The notes under the pieces are model-generated. The model was not told the origin of the DNA and searched no databases. It saw nothing but the letters and a program-made list of their open reading frames with translations. From Rhodospirillaceae bacterium (GTDB lineage Bacteria; Pseudomonadota; Gammaproteobacteria; Steroidobacterales; Rariloculaceae), in NCBI GenBank assembly GCA_002718345.1, contig PBDA01000044.1:19226-83225 (forward strand): 64,000 nucleotides of DNA, read 5' to 3'. The first letter of the stretch is position 1; every line of letters starts with the position of its first letter. Position numbers and translations under genes: made by a program. Shown in pieces: positions 27,411 to 37,099 of the stretch.

Positions 27411-28535
27411 ATGAAAATTAAAAAAGCTATGGGCTTAGTTATTTCACTGTGCTGTTTATCTTTCACTGTTAGCGCACAGATGGAAGTACCCCAATACAAA
27501 TTTGATGCAGAATGGCCAAAGTTGCCGCTACCTAATCAATGGTGGATGCAAGGTATTACTGGTTTATATGTTGATCATGAGGACAATATCTGGGTACTTA
27601 ATCGCCCAAGCAACCTTAATAATACAGAAAATTATGCTCAGCTTGATCCGCCGGCAGCAGAATGCTGCATAGCTCCACCAGCTGTAATTGTTTTTGATAC
27701 GGACGGAAATGTAATTCGTTCATGGGATACTCAAGAAGGTCACGGTATGATGGTAGATCGTGATGGGTATGTATGGATTGGCTCCGACACAGTGCGAAAA
27801 TTCACATCAGACGGGGAATTAATAGCTGCAATAGAAAGAATTCCAGAAGCCGAACCACCCGAAGGCAAGTACCCATCGGATGTAGAAATTATCGTTGATC
27901 AAATTGAAGAAGTCAGAGCCGATGAAGAGATGAGAGAGTTATATACCATTGATAACTATCTAAATGGCAGGGTGATGGTTTACGACATGGATACGTTAGA
28001 ATTCAAGCGTGGCTGGGGGGCATATGGTAAACCCCTTAGTGAGATCGGCGTAGTGGCTACTGATGGGCCTGCTAATGGAGGGGGCGTTGAGTTTTACAGT
28101 GGTGAGTCTCCTGATAGAGACATTGAAACCGTTTCAACCGATTTTGTTGGACATGTAACCTTAGATCTTTCCAATGATGGCTGGGTCTATGTAGCAGATC
28201 GTCGTGGAAACAGAATTCAAGTGTTTAGCAAGCAGGGAGACTTTCAAAAAGAATTTTTCCTTGCAACATGGACTCGACAACGTGGTTCAGCAGGCGGTGT
28301 GGCTTTTTCTCATGACCCTGATCAAAGATTTTTAATTATTCCTGACATACAAAACAATACAATTTGGATTCTAGATAGAGACGATGGCAACGTTGTAAAT
28401 AGAGTAGGAAGTGCTGGAGACAATGGAGGCCAATTTCATGGCTTACATATGCTCGATGTAGATTCTAATGGGAATATTTACACTGGCGAAGTTCAACAGG
28501 GAGAGCGAGTTCAGCGTTTTCGCCTAATAAATTAA
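27411..28535 (+). CDS. Secreted NHL-repeat six-bladed beta-propeller protein (peptidyl-alpha-hydroxyglycine alpha-amidating lyase-like family)
   Basis: From the ATG at 27411 there is a signal peptide. Repeated blade motifs are DNIWVLNRP, DGYVWIGSD, GWVYVADRRGNRIQVFSKQGDF and NGNIYTGEVQQGERVQRF. Confidence 0.65.
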   Translation: MKIKKAMGLVISLCCLSFTVSAQMEVPQYKFDAEWPKLPLPNQWWMQGITGLYVDHEDNIWVLNRPSNLNNTENYAQLDPPAAECCIAPPAVIVFDTDGNVIRSWDTQEGHGMMVDRDGYVWIGSDTVRKFTSDGELIAAIERIPEAEPPEGKYPSDVEIIVDQIEEVRADEEMRELYTIDNYLNGRVMVYDMDTLEFKRGWGAYGKPLSEIGVVATDGPANGGGVEFYSGESPDRDIETVSTDFVGHVTLDLSNDGWVYVADRRGNRIQVFSKQGDFQKEFFLATWTRQRGSAGGVAFSHDPDQRFLIIPDIQNNTIWILDRDDGNVVNRVGSAGDNGGQFHGLHMLDVDSNGNIYTGEVQQGERVQRFRLIN

Positions 28536-28645
28536 ATTTAAACATGATGCCAAAGTAATTCATGTAAATTTGGGTAAAAAAATTGAAAAAAAAATATCTA
28601 TCGATAAAAAGTTTACTTGTCTTTCTTTTTTTAGGACTTGTAAGC

Positions 28646-29524
28646 ATGAATAACTGGGGACAGATAACCGAACGCAATTCAAAAATTATTTTAGTATCAG
28701 GCGCTACAGGCACTCAGGGTGGCGCAGTTGCGCGGGAGTTGGTAAAACGCGGTTATAGTGTTAGAGGACTGACAAGAAACCCTAATAGCGAAGCGTCCCA
28801 AGCTTTACAAATGCTTGGTGTACAGATGGTACAGGGAGATTTTGATGATCCAGCCTCCCTAGATAGAGCACTGGAAGGGACATATGGAACTTTTTCCGTT
28901 CAGCAATACCGTGGTGTAGGCATTGATGGAGAAATTCGACAGGGTAAGGCTTTTGCTGATGCCGCCAAGCGGGCAAAAATCAAACACTTCATTTACACAT
29001 CGGTTGCGAAAGCACCTCTTAGAACAGGGGTTCCGCAATTTGAAAGTAAATTAGTGATTGAAAACTATATTCAATCCCTTGAAATTCCATATACGATCGT
29101 TCGTCCAGCAAGCTTTATGAGCACTGTTGAGGTATGGAGAGCCGATGCTGAAGCGGGAGAATTTAGTGGCCCCCAAGCACCAGAATTTGAGAGAGTATTT
29201 GTAGCTCCTTCTGATATTGGGCGCTTTGTTGCAGAAGCTTTTGACGATCCATCAAACTGGATTGGGCGAATTCTTTCAATTGCAAGTGACCGAACAACCT
29301 ATAAAAATATTGCAGATGCCATGAGCCGTGTTATGGATAGGCCTGTTGTCTATAAGCAACTTCCATGGGAAGAATTCACTGCAACTGCTTCTCCAATAGC
29401 TATTGCTGCAACGACCTGGTACAGAGACAATGTTGATCCTGTGGATGTAACAGAGCTACGCAGGGAGTTTCCATGGCTTTTGACGTTTGAAGAATATCTA
29501 ATCGAAGCAGGATGGGAAAAATAA
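28646..29524 (+). CDS. NmrA-family NAD(P)-binding protein
   Basis: It has a Rossmann motif ILVSGATGTQGGAVARELVKRGYSVRGLTRNP. I prefer the ATG at 28646. The track start is a TTG at 28583, which would add a hydrophobic signal-like N-terminus, so localisation is ambiguous. Confidence 0.7.
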   Translation: MNNWGQITERNSKIILVSGATGTQGGAVARELVKRGYSVRGLTRNPNSEASQALQMLGVQMVQGDFDDPASLDRALEGTYGTFSVQQYRGVGIDGEIRQGKAFADAAKRAKIKHFIYTSVAKAPLRTGVPQFESKLVIENYIQSLEIPYTIVRPASFMSTVEVWRADAEAGEFSGPQAPEFERVFVAPSDIGRFVAEAFDDPSNWIGRILSIASDRTTYKNIADAMSRVMDRPVVYKQLPWEEFTATASPIAIAATTWYRDNVDPVDVTELRREFPWLLTFEEYLIEAGWEK

Positions 29525-29528
29525 AGTT

Positions 29529-30407
29529 TTGACTCAACCTATGCGTCCTCATGAACGCCTACCTTATAGCGCAATAGTAGATCGACCGAAGCTACCGCTT
29601 CCCGATAATGGTCGAGTTGCAGTTTGGACTATTGTTAATGTAGAAGAATGGTCAATAGATCATCCAATGCCCCGGGCAGTTCTACCTCCACCTCGAGGAG
29701 AGCCATTACTTCCTGATCTCGCAAACTGGGCTTGGCATGAATATGGAATGCGCGTTGGTTTTTGGAGGATACTTGAAGCAATTCGTGCTACAGGTCATCG
29801 CGCTACTTTGGCTACTAATGGTTCAGTGTGTCATACATATCCCCGAGTTATAGAAGCGGCGGTAAATTATGACTGGGAAATTATGGGACATGGGTTCTTA
29901 CAAGGACCAATGCATAAAGTGCCAGATCAACGCAAAAGCATCCGCGATACAATTGACGCAATTCGTAATGCAACAGGAAAACCTCCACGTGGATGGGAAA
30001 GCCCGGGTCTAACAGAAACGTTCGAAACTCCAGATCTTTTAGCAGAAGAAGGTATTGAGTATGTGGCTGACTGGGTAGTAGATGATCAACCGGTAGAGAT
30101 CAGCACAACAGCAGGCAAACTAATATCAGTACCTTATACTGTTGAGGTCAATGACATACCTATGATGGCATTGCAGCAACATACATCTGACACTCTCCTT
30201 CGTCGTGGTATTGACCACTTTGATCGCTTATATGAAGAAGGCGCTAACCACACTCGTGTAATGGCAATTAGTGTCCATCCATTTTTAAGTGGAGCACCCC
30301 ATCGTATTAAGTACTTAGAAGAGCTTTATGATTATATTTTATCTAAGCCTGATGTTTGTATGATGACAGGTGAAGAAATACTCGACTGGTATAAAGCTGT
30401 TCGTTGA
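29529..30407 (+). CDS. Polysaccharide deacetylase (CE4) family protein, PuuE-allantoinase-like
   Basis: 292 aa. The N-terminus RLPYSAIVDRPKLPLPDNGRVAVWTIVNVEEW and the later HGF...H motifs match this subfamily as I recall it. The TTG at 29529 or the ATG at 29541 could be the start. Confidence 0.6.
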   Translation: MTQPMRPHERLPYSAIVDRPKLPLPDNGRVAVWTIVNVEEWSIDHPMPRAVLPPPRGEPLLPDLANWAWHEYGMRVGFWRILEAIRATGHRATLATNGSVCHTYPRVIEAAVNYDWEIMGHGFLQGPMHKVPDQRKSIRDTIDAIRNATGKPPRGWESPGLTETFETPDLLAEEGIEYVADWVVDDQPVEISTTAGKLISVPYTVEVNDIPMMALQQHTSDTLLRRGIDHFDRLYEEGANHTRVMAISVHPFLSGAPHRIKYLEELYDYILSKPDVCMMTGEEILDWYKAVR

Positions 30408-30410
30408 ATT

Positions 30411-31373
30411 TTATTTCTGAATGCCCCCTGCCTCCTTCTTGTAATTGTTGTCTATGTACCAACACATATAGTCAATCAGCGTTATCGGCTCAAATTCAGC
30501 AGGTCTTTTGTCAGTAACACAAGAGTGTAACGGGGTTGCAAGCGTATCTGGGTTCGGATTAAAAAACATTGCCATAGAATACCTATCCTCTGGTGGTGGA
30601 ATTACGCGGTGAGGGGTTGCCAAAAATCGTCCATTCGACCAGCGGTTTAGAAATTCTCCTGTATTAACAATTATTCCATTCTCTACTGGTACAGCTGGGA
30701 TCCAATCACCTTTTTGACTCAGAATTTCTAACCCGGCAACACTAGACATGGGCAATAGTGTTATAAACCCATGATCCGAGTGAGGAGAAATGCCAAATTG
30801 ATTGTCATCTGGTTCTACTGCAGGATAGTACGCATTACGTGTCCACCAGGTTGGCCGAGTGAAATGAGGATCAAAATAACTGGCTGGCAAATCAAGAGCC
30901 AAAGCATAAAGAGGGAGCATTGCATAACCAAGTCTTGCTAATGCTTCTTGATAGGCAATCATGGCGTTGCGAAACTCGGGCATTCCTTCTGGCCATTGAT
31001 TTGGTCCTACAAACCGTAATCCTGCGAGAATATCCTCATCATCAAAAGATCTTTCCCGAGCAATAGTAATGGTTTCATTTAAGTCCTTTTTTGTATTTTT
31101 ATTGAACTTCGATGTTACATAAACAGTTGAACGAATAGGTACATAGCCAACAGAGTTTTCATTTATTTTGACCTTTAATTTTTCCTTCAATGGGAGAGAA
31201 AAAAACTGCCGCAATGCATCATATGCTCTTTCGATGGTTGAGTGATGTACTCCATGATTAATAACAATATAAAATCCAACATTCTCTTGTATGTCCCTTA
31301 GTTTGGTTGCTAAGCTATCACGCGCCTTGGTATCTCCGGCTAGATAGGGTCCTAAGTCAAGAGTAGGTATCAT
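30411..31373 (-). CDS. 2-oxoglutarate/Fe(II)-dependent oxygenase (isopenicillin N synthase-like)
   Basis: 320 aa. It has the facial triad context HSDHGFITLL ... ATPHRV and the N-terminal DIOX_N-like segment IPTLDLGPYL. Confidence 0.8.
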   Translation of the reverse strand: MIPTLDLGPYLAGDTKARDSLATKLRDIQENVGFYIVINHGVHHSTIERAYDALRQFFSLPLKEKLKVKINENSVGYVPIRSTVYVTSKFNKNTKKDLNETITIARERSFDDEDILAGLRFVGPNQWPEGMPEFRNAMIAYQEALARLGYAMLPLYALALDLPASYFDPHFTRPTWWTRNAYYPAVEPDDNQFGISPHSDHGFITLLPMSSVAGLEILSQKGDWIPAVPVENGIIVNTGEFLNRWSNGRFLATPHRVIPPPEDRYSMAMFFNPNPDTLATPLHSCVTDKRPAEFEPITLIDYMCWYIDNNYKKEAGGIQK

Positions 31374-31518
31374 TATCTTAATATGTTGTTAGTGTGCCTC
31401 TATAGTAGCCCAATGATATATGTAATCTGCAAGAAAAATTATTCCTTTAAGGTCAAACTAACTTATAACTCATGTAGCTGGTTAAACTACAAATTAAATA
31501 TACTGGAGCACTAAATAA

Positions 31519-31971
31519 ATGCTGAATAAGACATGGAATATCTATCTCTCCGGGGAAATTCATTCTGATTGGAGAGATCAAATCATGGAAGGCTCGAATG
31601 CTATTAACCTACCCGTAAAATTTTCTGGTCCGGTTACAGATCATGATGCTAGCGACTTGTGCGGAGTCAAAATACTGGGGGAAGAAAAAAATCAATTTTG
31701 GCAGGATAGAAAGGGTGCCGGGATTAATGCCATTCGAACATCTAATCTTATAAGCTGCGCTGATATAGTTGTTGTTAGATTTGGCGAAAAGTTCAAACAA
31801 TGGAACGCTGCTTTTGATGCAGGATATGCTGCTGCTCTTAACAAATCATTAATTATTCTCCATGCGGAAGATAATAATCACGCGTTAAAAGAAGTTGATG
31901 CTGCTGCTAATGCTACTGCTCGAACACCAGAGCAGGTCGTGAAAATTTTAGAATATGTAATAAATGGCTAA
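31519..31971 (+). CDS. YtoQ-family protein (nucleoside 2-deoxyribosyltransferase-like fold)
   Basis: 150 aa. The N-terminus is WNIYLSGEIHSDWRDQI, followed by a KQWNAAFDAGYAAAL pattern, as in YtoQ. Confidence 0.6.
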   Translation: MLNKTWNIYLSGEIHSDWRDQIMEGSNAINLPVKFSGPVTDHDASDLCGVKILGEEKNQFWQDRKGAGINAIRTSNLISCADIVVVRFGEKFKQWNAAFDAGYAAALNKSLIILHAEDNNHALKEVDAAANATARTPEQVVKILEYVING

Positions 31972-32013
31972 TAGTTGAATCCAAGTTTTTAGGGAAACTT
32001 TGGTAAAAATAAC

Positions 32014-32463
32014 TTAAACAGCTTCAATATTCATTTCAAAATCTTGAGTAAGCTTGTCAATTGTGGCGCTCAATAGTTCATGTTCTCCTTCTGTGAGTTC
32101 CCTTGTTAGTCTTTGATCAAATTCAAACGCTGATTTATTAGCCAAATCTTTAATTTCATGACCTTTTTCCGTAAGCCAAAAAAATACGCTACGCCCATCT
32201 TTTAGATCAAATTCTTTTCTAACAAGCCCCCTCTGTATAAGTGTTCCACTAGCTCGACTGAGCTGAGCTTTATCAGCATGAGTAATATCAGCAAGTTCAT
32301 GCAATCTTAGCGGTCTTAGGGTATCCAAGTGGCCGAGCACCAACCATTCAGCCATAGATAGATTAAATTTATTGTTGAGAAAACGGCTAGATTGGCGACT
32401 AATAAGCCTAGAAAGAACTATTAATCGAACTGCAAGGGTTTGTTTTTTCCCAATTTCAGTCAT
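32014..32463 (-). CDS. MarR-family transcriptional regulator
   Basis: 149 aa. The winged-helix segment is LSMAEWLVLGHLDTLRPLRLHELADITHADKAQLSRASGTLIQRGLV. Confidence 0.85.
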   Translation of the reverse strand: MTEIGKKQTLAVRLIVLSRLISRQSSRFLNNKFNLSMAEWLVLGHLDTLRPLRLHELADITHADKAQLSRASGTLIQRGLVRKEFDLKDGRSVFFWLTEKGHEIKDLANKSAFEFDQRLTRELTEGEHELLSATIDKLTQDFEMNIEAV

Positions 32464-32489
32464 TGGTTCCGAATATTTATTCTTTATGT

Positions 32490-32506
32490 CAGTTAGACAC
32501 TAACTG
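32490..32506. promoter_or_regulatory. Candidate MarR operator (7-3-7 perfect inverted repeat)
   Basis: The sequence is CAGTTAGacaCTAACTG, 27 nt upstream of the marR-family ATG at 32463. Confidence 0.3.
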
Positions 32507-32707
32507 CATATATGATTTTTCGCCCTAAGATAAAAAATACGTATCAGCGTATAACCAAATCCTTTATACCCTGTCGTTTAAAGAGTGTGGTTTAAATGAA
32601 CAAAAAATAATAAACCAAGCGGTATTAACCCATGAAACAATCCGTATCAATCTCTATTAAAAAACTAACTAGACGTCTTAATATATGTAGGAAAATAAAA
32701 AATCACC

Positions 32708-32739
32708 TAGATTCCTCAGCTTTTCTGCTGAGGAATCTA
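32708..32739 (-). terminator. Rho-independent terminator after the dienelactone hydrolase gene
   Basis: A 13-bp perfect stem TAGATTCCTCAGC / GCTGAGGAATCTA with a 6-nt loop, followed on the minus strand by a T-rich tract (GGTGATTTTTTATTTT). Confidence 0.8.
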
Positions 32740-32771
32740 ATAAAATGAGTATGGTGATTTATCTCTAGCAA

Positions 32772-33488
32772 CTAAAAAAGCTCCTCTAAAAAATTAGACA
32801 TAGCCTGCCAGGAGCGTTGATAAGCAGCCTCACTATAACTGTAACCATTTTCAGGATCTTTAGCTGCAGGGTTAGTAAAGGCATGATAGGTATTACCATA
32901 TCCATGAAGCTGCCAATCTGCCTCCGCAGCACTCATCTCAGAGGCAAATGAAACCGCTTGATCGGGGGTTGCCATTGGATCATCCCAACCGTGTAACGCT
33001 AATACCCTGGCCTGAATTTTATTTCCATCAGTATTACCAGGAGGGAAAAACAAGCCGTGAAAACTCACCACACCCGCAACCTGTGCTCCAACACGAGCTA
33101 AATCCAATACAGACAGCCCCCCAAAGCAGAAACCAATTGCTGCCGCCTTTGAAGCATCAACATTATCTTGCTGTTTAGCCACCTCTAGAGCATGAAGTAG
33201 ACGACCTTGAAGCATAGCCCTATCATCTAAAAACGGCTGCATGAGAGCCGCATTTTCTTCAGGACTTCCACCACGCACACCTTTGCCATAAAGATCTACG
33301 CAAAAAGCCGAGTATCCAAGCTCAGCTAAATTACGCGCGTTTCCTTGCTCATACTCTCCCTGCCCAGCCCAAGCATGCGCAACAAGAATTATGGGAGATG
33401 GCTGTTCATTTTCATCATTCCACGCAAAGTATCCTTCAAATGTCAGATCATCCTGACCGTATTCCACAGCTTTAGCTTGAATCGCCAT
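32772..33488 (-). CDS. Dienelactone hydrolase family protein
   Basis: 238 aa with a DLH pattern: VAHAWAG, AIGFCFGG (Cys nucleophile elbow), LHGWDDP, YHAF. Confidence 0.8.
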   Translation of the reverse strand: MAIQAKAVEYGQDDLTFEGYFAWNDENEQPSPIILVAHAWAGQGEYEQGNARNLAELGYSAFCVDLYGKGVRGGSPEENAALMQPFLDDRAMLQGRLLHALEVAKQQDNVDASKAAAIGFCFGGLSVLDLARVGAQVAGVVSFHGLFFPPGNTDGNKIQARVLALHGWDDPMATPDQAVSFASEMSAAEADWQLHGYGNTYHAFTNPAAKDPENGYSYSEAAYQRSWQAMSNFLEELF

Positions 33489-33556
33489 TAGTTGTTTTTC
33501 TCCTATTTCTACTAAACATTAGATTGTGCACCATATTCATGATGCCGTATAAATTA

Positions 33557-36500
33557 TTACTCAGAACGGCTTAACTGTCGAAAATACTCTGCTACCGCAT
33601 CTTCGTACTCCTGTGAAATATTTACTGGAGTCTCAGTACGAACAGAAGATCTCCCAAGATCATAATTGTCTTGTGTGAGCCTCAATTCTAATTGCTCAAC
33701 AAGACTCAACATTGAAAGATATTCTTGCTCAAGCAACTCAGGGTTACGCCCCAAATTACTTCTTAGAGCATCAGCTAATTCCCTTACTGCTTCTAGTTGT
33801 TCGGTGGTTAGTCCCTCTGCCCGAAGCCGTGTACCTAAAACAAGCAAGTCACGCCCAGCTTCCTGCAACCGATCCTGTAACTCATCATATTTTTGAGGAT
33901 CTGAATTTAAAGGCTGATTGGTATCCCAAAAGCTTAAACCACGCCTAGCACTGTTAAAATCTCCACCACCTAATTGACCGTTATTCATTTGTTCTCCAAA
34001 AGACGTTTGATTGTTAGCTTGTATTTGATTATCTAACTGGTCTGATGTGGAGTTTTGTAAGTCTGCTAAATCTCGTCGCAAAGCCTGTAATTCTGCAACA
34101 AGCTCTGATGTAGGAGAAGCCTGATTTTGATGTCCATCTCGCGCCTCACGACTCGCCGTGATAAGCGCCTGTTCTGTGTTCCTGCGCAACTCATCTAAAG
34201 CATTTGTGACTATGCCTTCAAACGGTGCTAATTCATCTGCTAGGCCACGACGAATCATCTCTGCTGCATATTCTAATCGACGAACAACCTGATTACGTTG
34301 TAAATCCGATAGAGCAGCATTTAACTGTGCAGAGGCATCTGGTGTCTGACCCCTATACCTTTGTGAAACTCTTTGTAGATCTTCTTCAAGGCCTTCTAAA
34401 TCTGCCTGCATCTCCCATTTTCTTTCAGCCAACTCAATCGTCTCTTCATAATTTAAGGGGCTTTCACGAACACCATCATTATCTCTATTTGCTAAAGCCT
34501 CACTTGCAACCTGCTGTAATTCTGCTGCTAGCTGTCTTTGATTATTTAAAAGAGATTCAGCTTGTTCAGTAAGATCCGAAAAAACTTGCTCGGCATCGGC
34601 TTGTCTTTGAGCGGTCAACTGCTCAAGTGCTCTATCTAGTTGGCGTCTTGCCTGTTCAACGGCACGCTGATTTTGCTCCTGATCTATGCCATTTTGATCC
34701 TGAGCCCTATCCATTGCTTGAAGTGCGTTATCCAACTGTTGAATGGCTTCATCTGTTGCACTACCTCGCGTGGTTCTTTGGTCAGACCGCTGTTGTCCAG
34801 ATTGTGGCTGTGCAGCTGCTTGACGTAATTCTTCCAGTTGCCTCCGTAATTCCTCTGTTTCCCTTCTCAACTCCTCCTGACGCCAACGTTCCTCCTCAGT
34901 AAGTCCTCTTTGTTGGTTATTAGACTGACGTGCGAGATTCTCTTGTCGTCTTGCAAGCTCCTGCAACTTTGCTATTGCCTCATCTACCTCAGCCTCAGGA
35001 GTGTCAAAAGAAGCAGGTGATTCAGTTTCATACTGATTCTTCTCAAGATCCATCTCAAGCTCAAAAAGCTCAGCTAGATCACGCCCAGCAAAACCGCCTG
35101 GGCCACCACCTCCTCCCTGCTGAAAGGACACCTGAATGTCTGTAAAAACTGATTCAGCTTTTAAAAGATGTTGTAAAGCTTCCTGTTCTGAAGGAACTGC
35201 ATTATCAAACTCTAGATCTGTCAATCTATCCGCAGCTGGAATCATCGCCTCTGCGGCATTTTCAAGGCTTTGCACAAAAAGTTGAATTTGGTCATCGACA
35301 CTTGTTAGCTGACGAGCCCTAGTTCTGTTAGCAAGGGTTCGTGCTTGATCAGCAAGAGTTCTTTGAAGCTCTGCCAACATTCTTGCGTTATCTTGCAATT
35401 GCTGCTCATCTTGGAACCCAGTTTGTTCCTCCTGTTCCCGAATGAGATTCCAGGTTGCAAGCAAAATTTCTTTCTGGCGCTGGGAAATTTCATTCTGTTG
35501 CTGCTGCCCACCACCACCACCTCCACCTCCTTGCATGGATTGTGAATAGCTGCGCTCAAATGGTTGTACTTCAACAAAAAACAAATCTGTACGCTCAGAT
35601 GTGTCCCGATCATGCGCTTCAGCAAAGTAGGAAATAAGATCGCCCGGGGCAAGATTTGTGGTTACGGGGTCCTCAGTCACCCCATCATCAACTAATATAT
35701 CTAACAAATTATCTGCGCCAACCGTTTTTCCTATCTCTTCCAGATACAGAACCTCTTCATTCAGTGAGTAAGTACCATCTGCCTCTAATTCCACAATATT
35801 CCATTCACCACCATTAATTGCGTAATGCAATTCCAACCTATCTAAAGCAAAATCATCAGTTGCCTCAACACGAATAGAAACTTCCTCAATATTACTAGCT
35901 TTCCAGTCACGCCCAGGCTTCATAACTTTCACTGCGGGCTTATTGTCAGGCACCACATCAATAAAATAATCATCTGATAACCTAACAGAATCAGAATTGA
36001 AGAAAGTAGAGACGTAATACTCCCCATCTTCCTGGACTTCTACTGTAGCTTTAGCAATGGAACCCTCAGTTATCATGGAAATATCTTTTCCGTTAACAAC
36101 AAGTTCGGCGCCGTCAAAAAGTGGCTGGGCTGTCGTTATTTCTACCTCAACTTGCGTGCCTGAAACCGCTTTTATATCGCCACCTGAATTGACTACCTTG
36201 GATCCTAGCTCAGTCCATTCTGGATAGTGGTAGGTCAACTTAATACTTGAAACCCTTGGAAGATCTACTACTTCAATTTCATATTCAGCACTATGAACAC
36301 CCGCTGATATGACGTAATACCGAAATGGTTCGCGAACACCAAAAAAAGTGAACTCAAAGTCGTCATCCTCACTGACGTTCATGGGAGCACTTTCCCAATC
36401 TTCGCTTCCCTCAAAGAGAGCAAACACCTCTGCTTCAGTTGGGTTAAAACCCTCGGCATTTGCATCAACAAATAGATCTCCTCCTCGTCTCACAGCGCTG

Positions 36501-37099
36501 TCTCCAGGAGTTACTACTATCCTTTGTGGTGGTAATGTGTCTTCAAGGACCCAGCCTACCCAAAGATGACGTACACCATATCTCCAGTTATCTGGCCCAA
36601 ATGAAGCAAACCAAACAAGTACGCCTAGAGCAATAAAACCAACAACTGCAGGAACTGAAATTTCCCAATTAGGGATTCTCATAGAAGGCGGTACACGCTC
36701 TACAACCTTAAGCGCGTCTTCAGCTAAGAGACCAAGAAAAGGAGAGCTCTTTTTTGGGTTTTCTTTGTTCTGAGTTAAAAGCTGATCATAGGTCTCTAAT
36801 CGCCCATCGATACCAGAAGTTCTCTTTTCTATCTCAAAGACTCCTCGAGTTCTTCGCAAAACACGAAGAGGTCTCACAAGAAGTATCATCGCAATTGCGA
36901 ACAATGAGATAATGAGGAATAGGCGGGCACCGCTTATAAGCTCAGAAGGGAAAGCCTGACGTGTTCCAATAAAAACAGCTGTGAGGGTAACAACTAGCGC
37001 AACCAAAGATAGCACTGCTGCGCCTCTTAACATAACCAATGCCTTTATGCGTTGACGAAAATCCTCAAGATATTTTTCGAGTTTTTTTTGTGCAATCAT
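33557..37099 (-). CDS. Large membrane-anchored DUF4175-like protein with beta-rich middle region, poly-Gly tracts and a very long Q/E/R-rich coiled-coil tail
   Basis: 1180 aa. Two N-terminal TM helices are followed by RPLRVLRRTRG. GGGGGGGQQQQ and GGGGGPGG tracts sit mid-protein. The C-terminal ~500 aa is heptad-like and Q/E/R-rich. It is the last gene of the MoxR/DUF58/BatA operon and has a 4-nt start/stop overlap with its upstream neighbour. Confidence 0.6.
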   Translation of the reverse strand: MIAQKKLEKYLEDFRQRIKALVMLRGAAVLSLVALVVTLTAVFIGTRQAFPSELISGARLFLIISLFAIAMILLVRPLRVLRRTRGVFEIEKRTSGIDGRLETYDQLLTQNKENPKKSSPFLGLLAEDALKVVERVPPSMRIPNWEISVPAVVGFIALGVLVWFASFGPDNWRYGVRHLWVGWVLEDTLPPQRIVVTPGDSAVRRGGDLFVDANAEGFNPTEAEVFALFEGSEDWESAPMNVSEDDDFEFTFFGVREPFRYYVISAGVHSAEYEIEVVDLPRVSSIKLTYHYPEWTELGSKVVNSGGDIKAVSGTQVEVEITTAQPLFDGAELVVNGKDISMITEGSIAKATVEVQEDGEYYVSTFFNSDSVRLSDDYFIDVVPDNKPAVKVMKPGRDWKASNIEEVSIRVEATDDFALDRLELHYAINGGEWNIVELEADGTYSLNEEVLYLEEIGKTVGADNLLDILVDDGVTEDPVTTNLAPGDLISYFAEAHDRDTSERTDLFFVEVQPFERSYSQSMQGGGGGGGGQQQQNEISQRQKEILLATWNLIREQEEQTGFQDEQQLQDNARMLAELQRTLADQARTLANRTRARQLTSVDDQIQLFVQSLENAAEAMIPAADRLTDLEFDNAVPSEQEALQHLLKAESVFTDIQVSFQQGGGGGPGGFAGRDLAELFELEMDLEKNQYETESPASFDTPEAEVDEAIAKLQELARRQENLARQSNNQQRGLTEEERWRQEELRRETEELRRQLEELRQAAAQPQSGQQRSDQRTTRGSATDEAIQQLDNALQAMDRAQDQNGIDQEQNQRAVEQARRQLDRALEQLTAQRQADAEQVFSDLTEQAESLLNNQRQLAAELQQVASEALANRDNDGVRESPLNYEETIELAERKWEMQADLEGLEEDLQRVSQRYRGQTPDASAQLNAALSDLQRNQVVRRLEYAAEMIRRGLADELAPFEGIVTNALDELRRNTEQALITASREARDGHQNQASPTSELVAELQALRRDLADLQNSTSDQLDNQIQANNQTSFGEQMNNGQLGGGDFNSARRGLSFWDTNQPLNSDPQKYDELQDRLQEAGRDLLVLGTRLRAEGLTTEQLEAVRELADALRSNLGRNPELLEQEYLSMLSLVEQLELRLTQDNYDLGRSSVRTETPVNISQEYEDAVAEYFRQLSRSE

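Noticed and set aside
35495-35535. A ccaccaccaccacctccacctcc tract, considered as a possible slipped-strand phase-variation switch.
   Set aside because: It is a mixed-codon Gly run in frame, not a homopolymer or a perfect short tandem repeat. There is no evidence of an out-of-frame alternative product.
33666-36569. Numerous plus-strand ORFs antisense to the 1180-aa gene, plus one same-strand out-of-frame ORF at 35305..35652.
   Set aside because: They lie opposite Q/E/R-rich repetitive coding sequence (CAG/GAA/CTG periodicity suppresses stops). They have no motifs and no start context.
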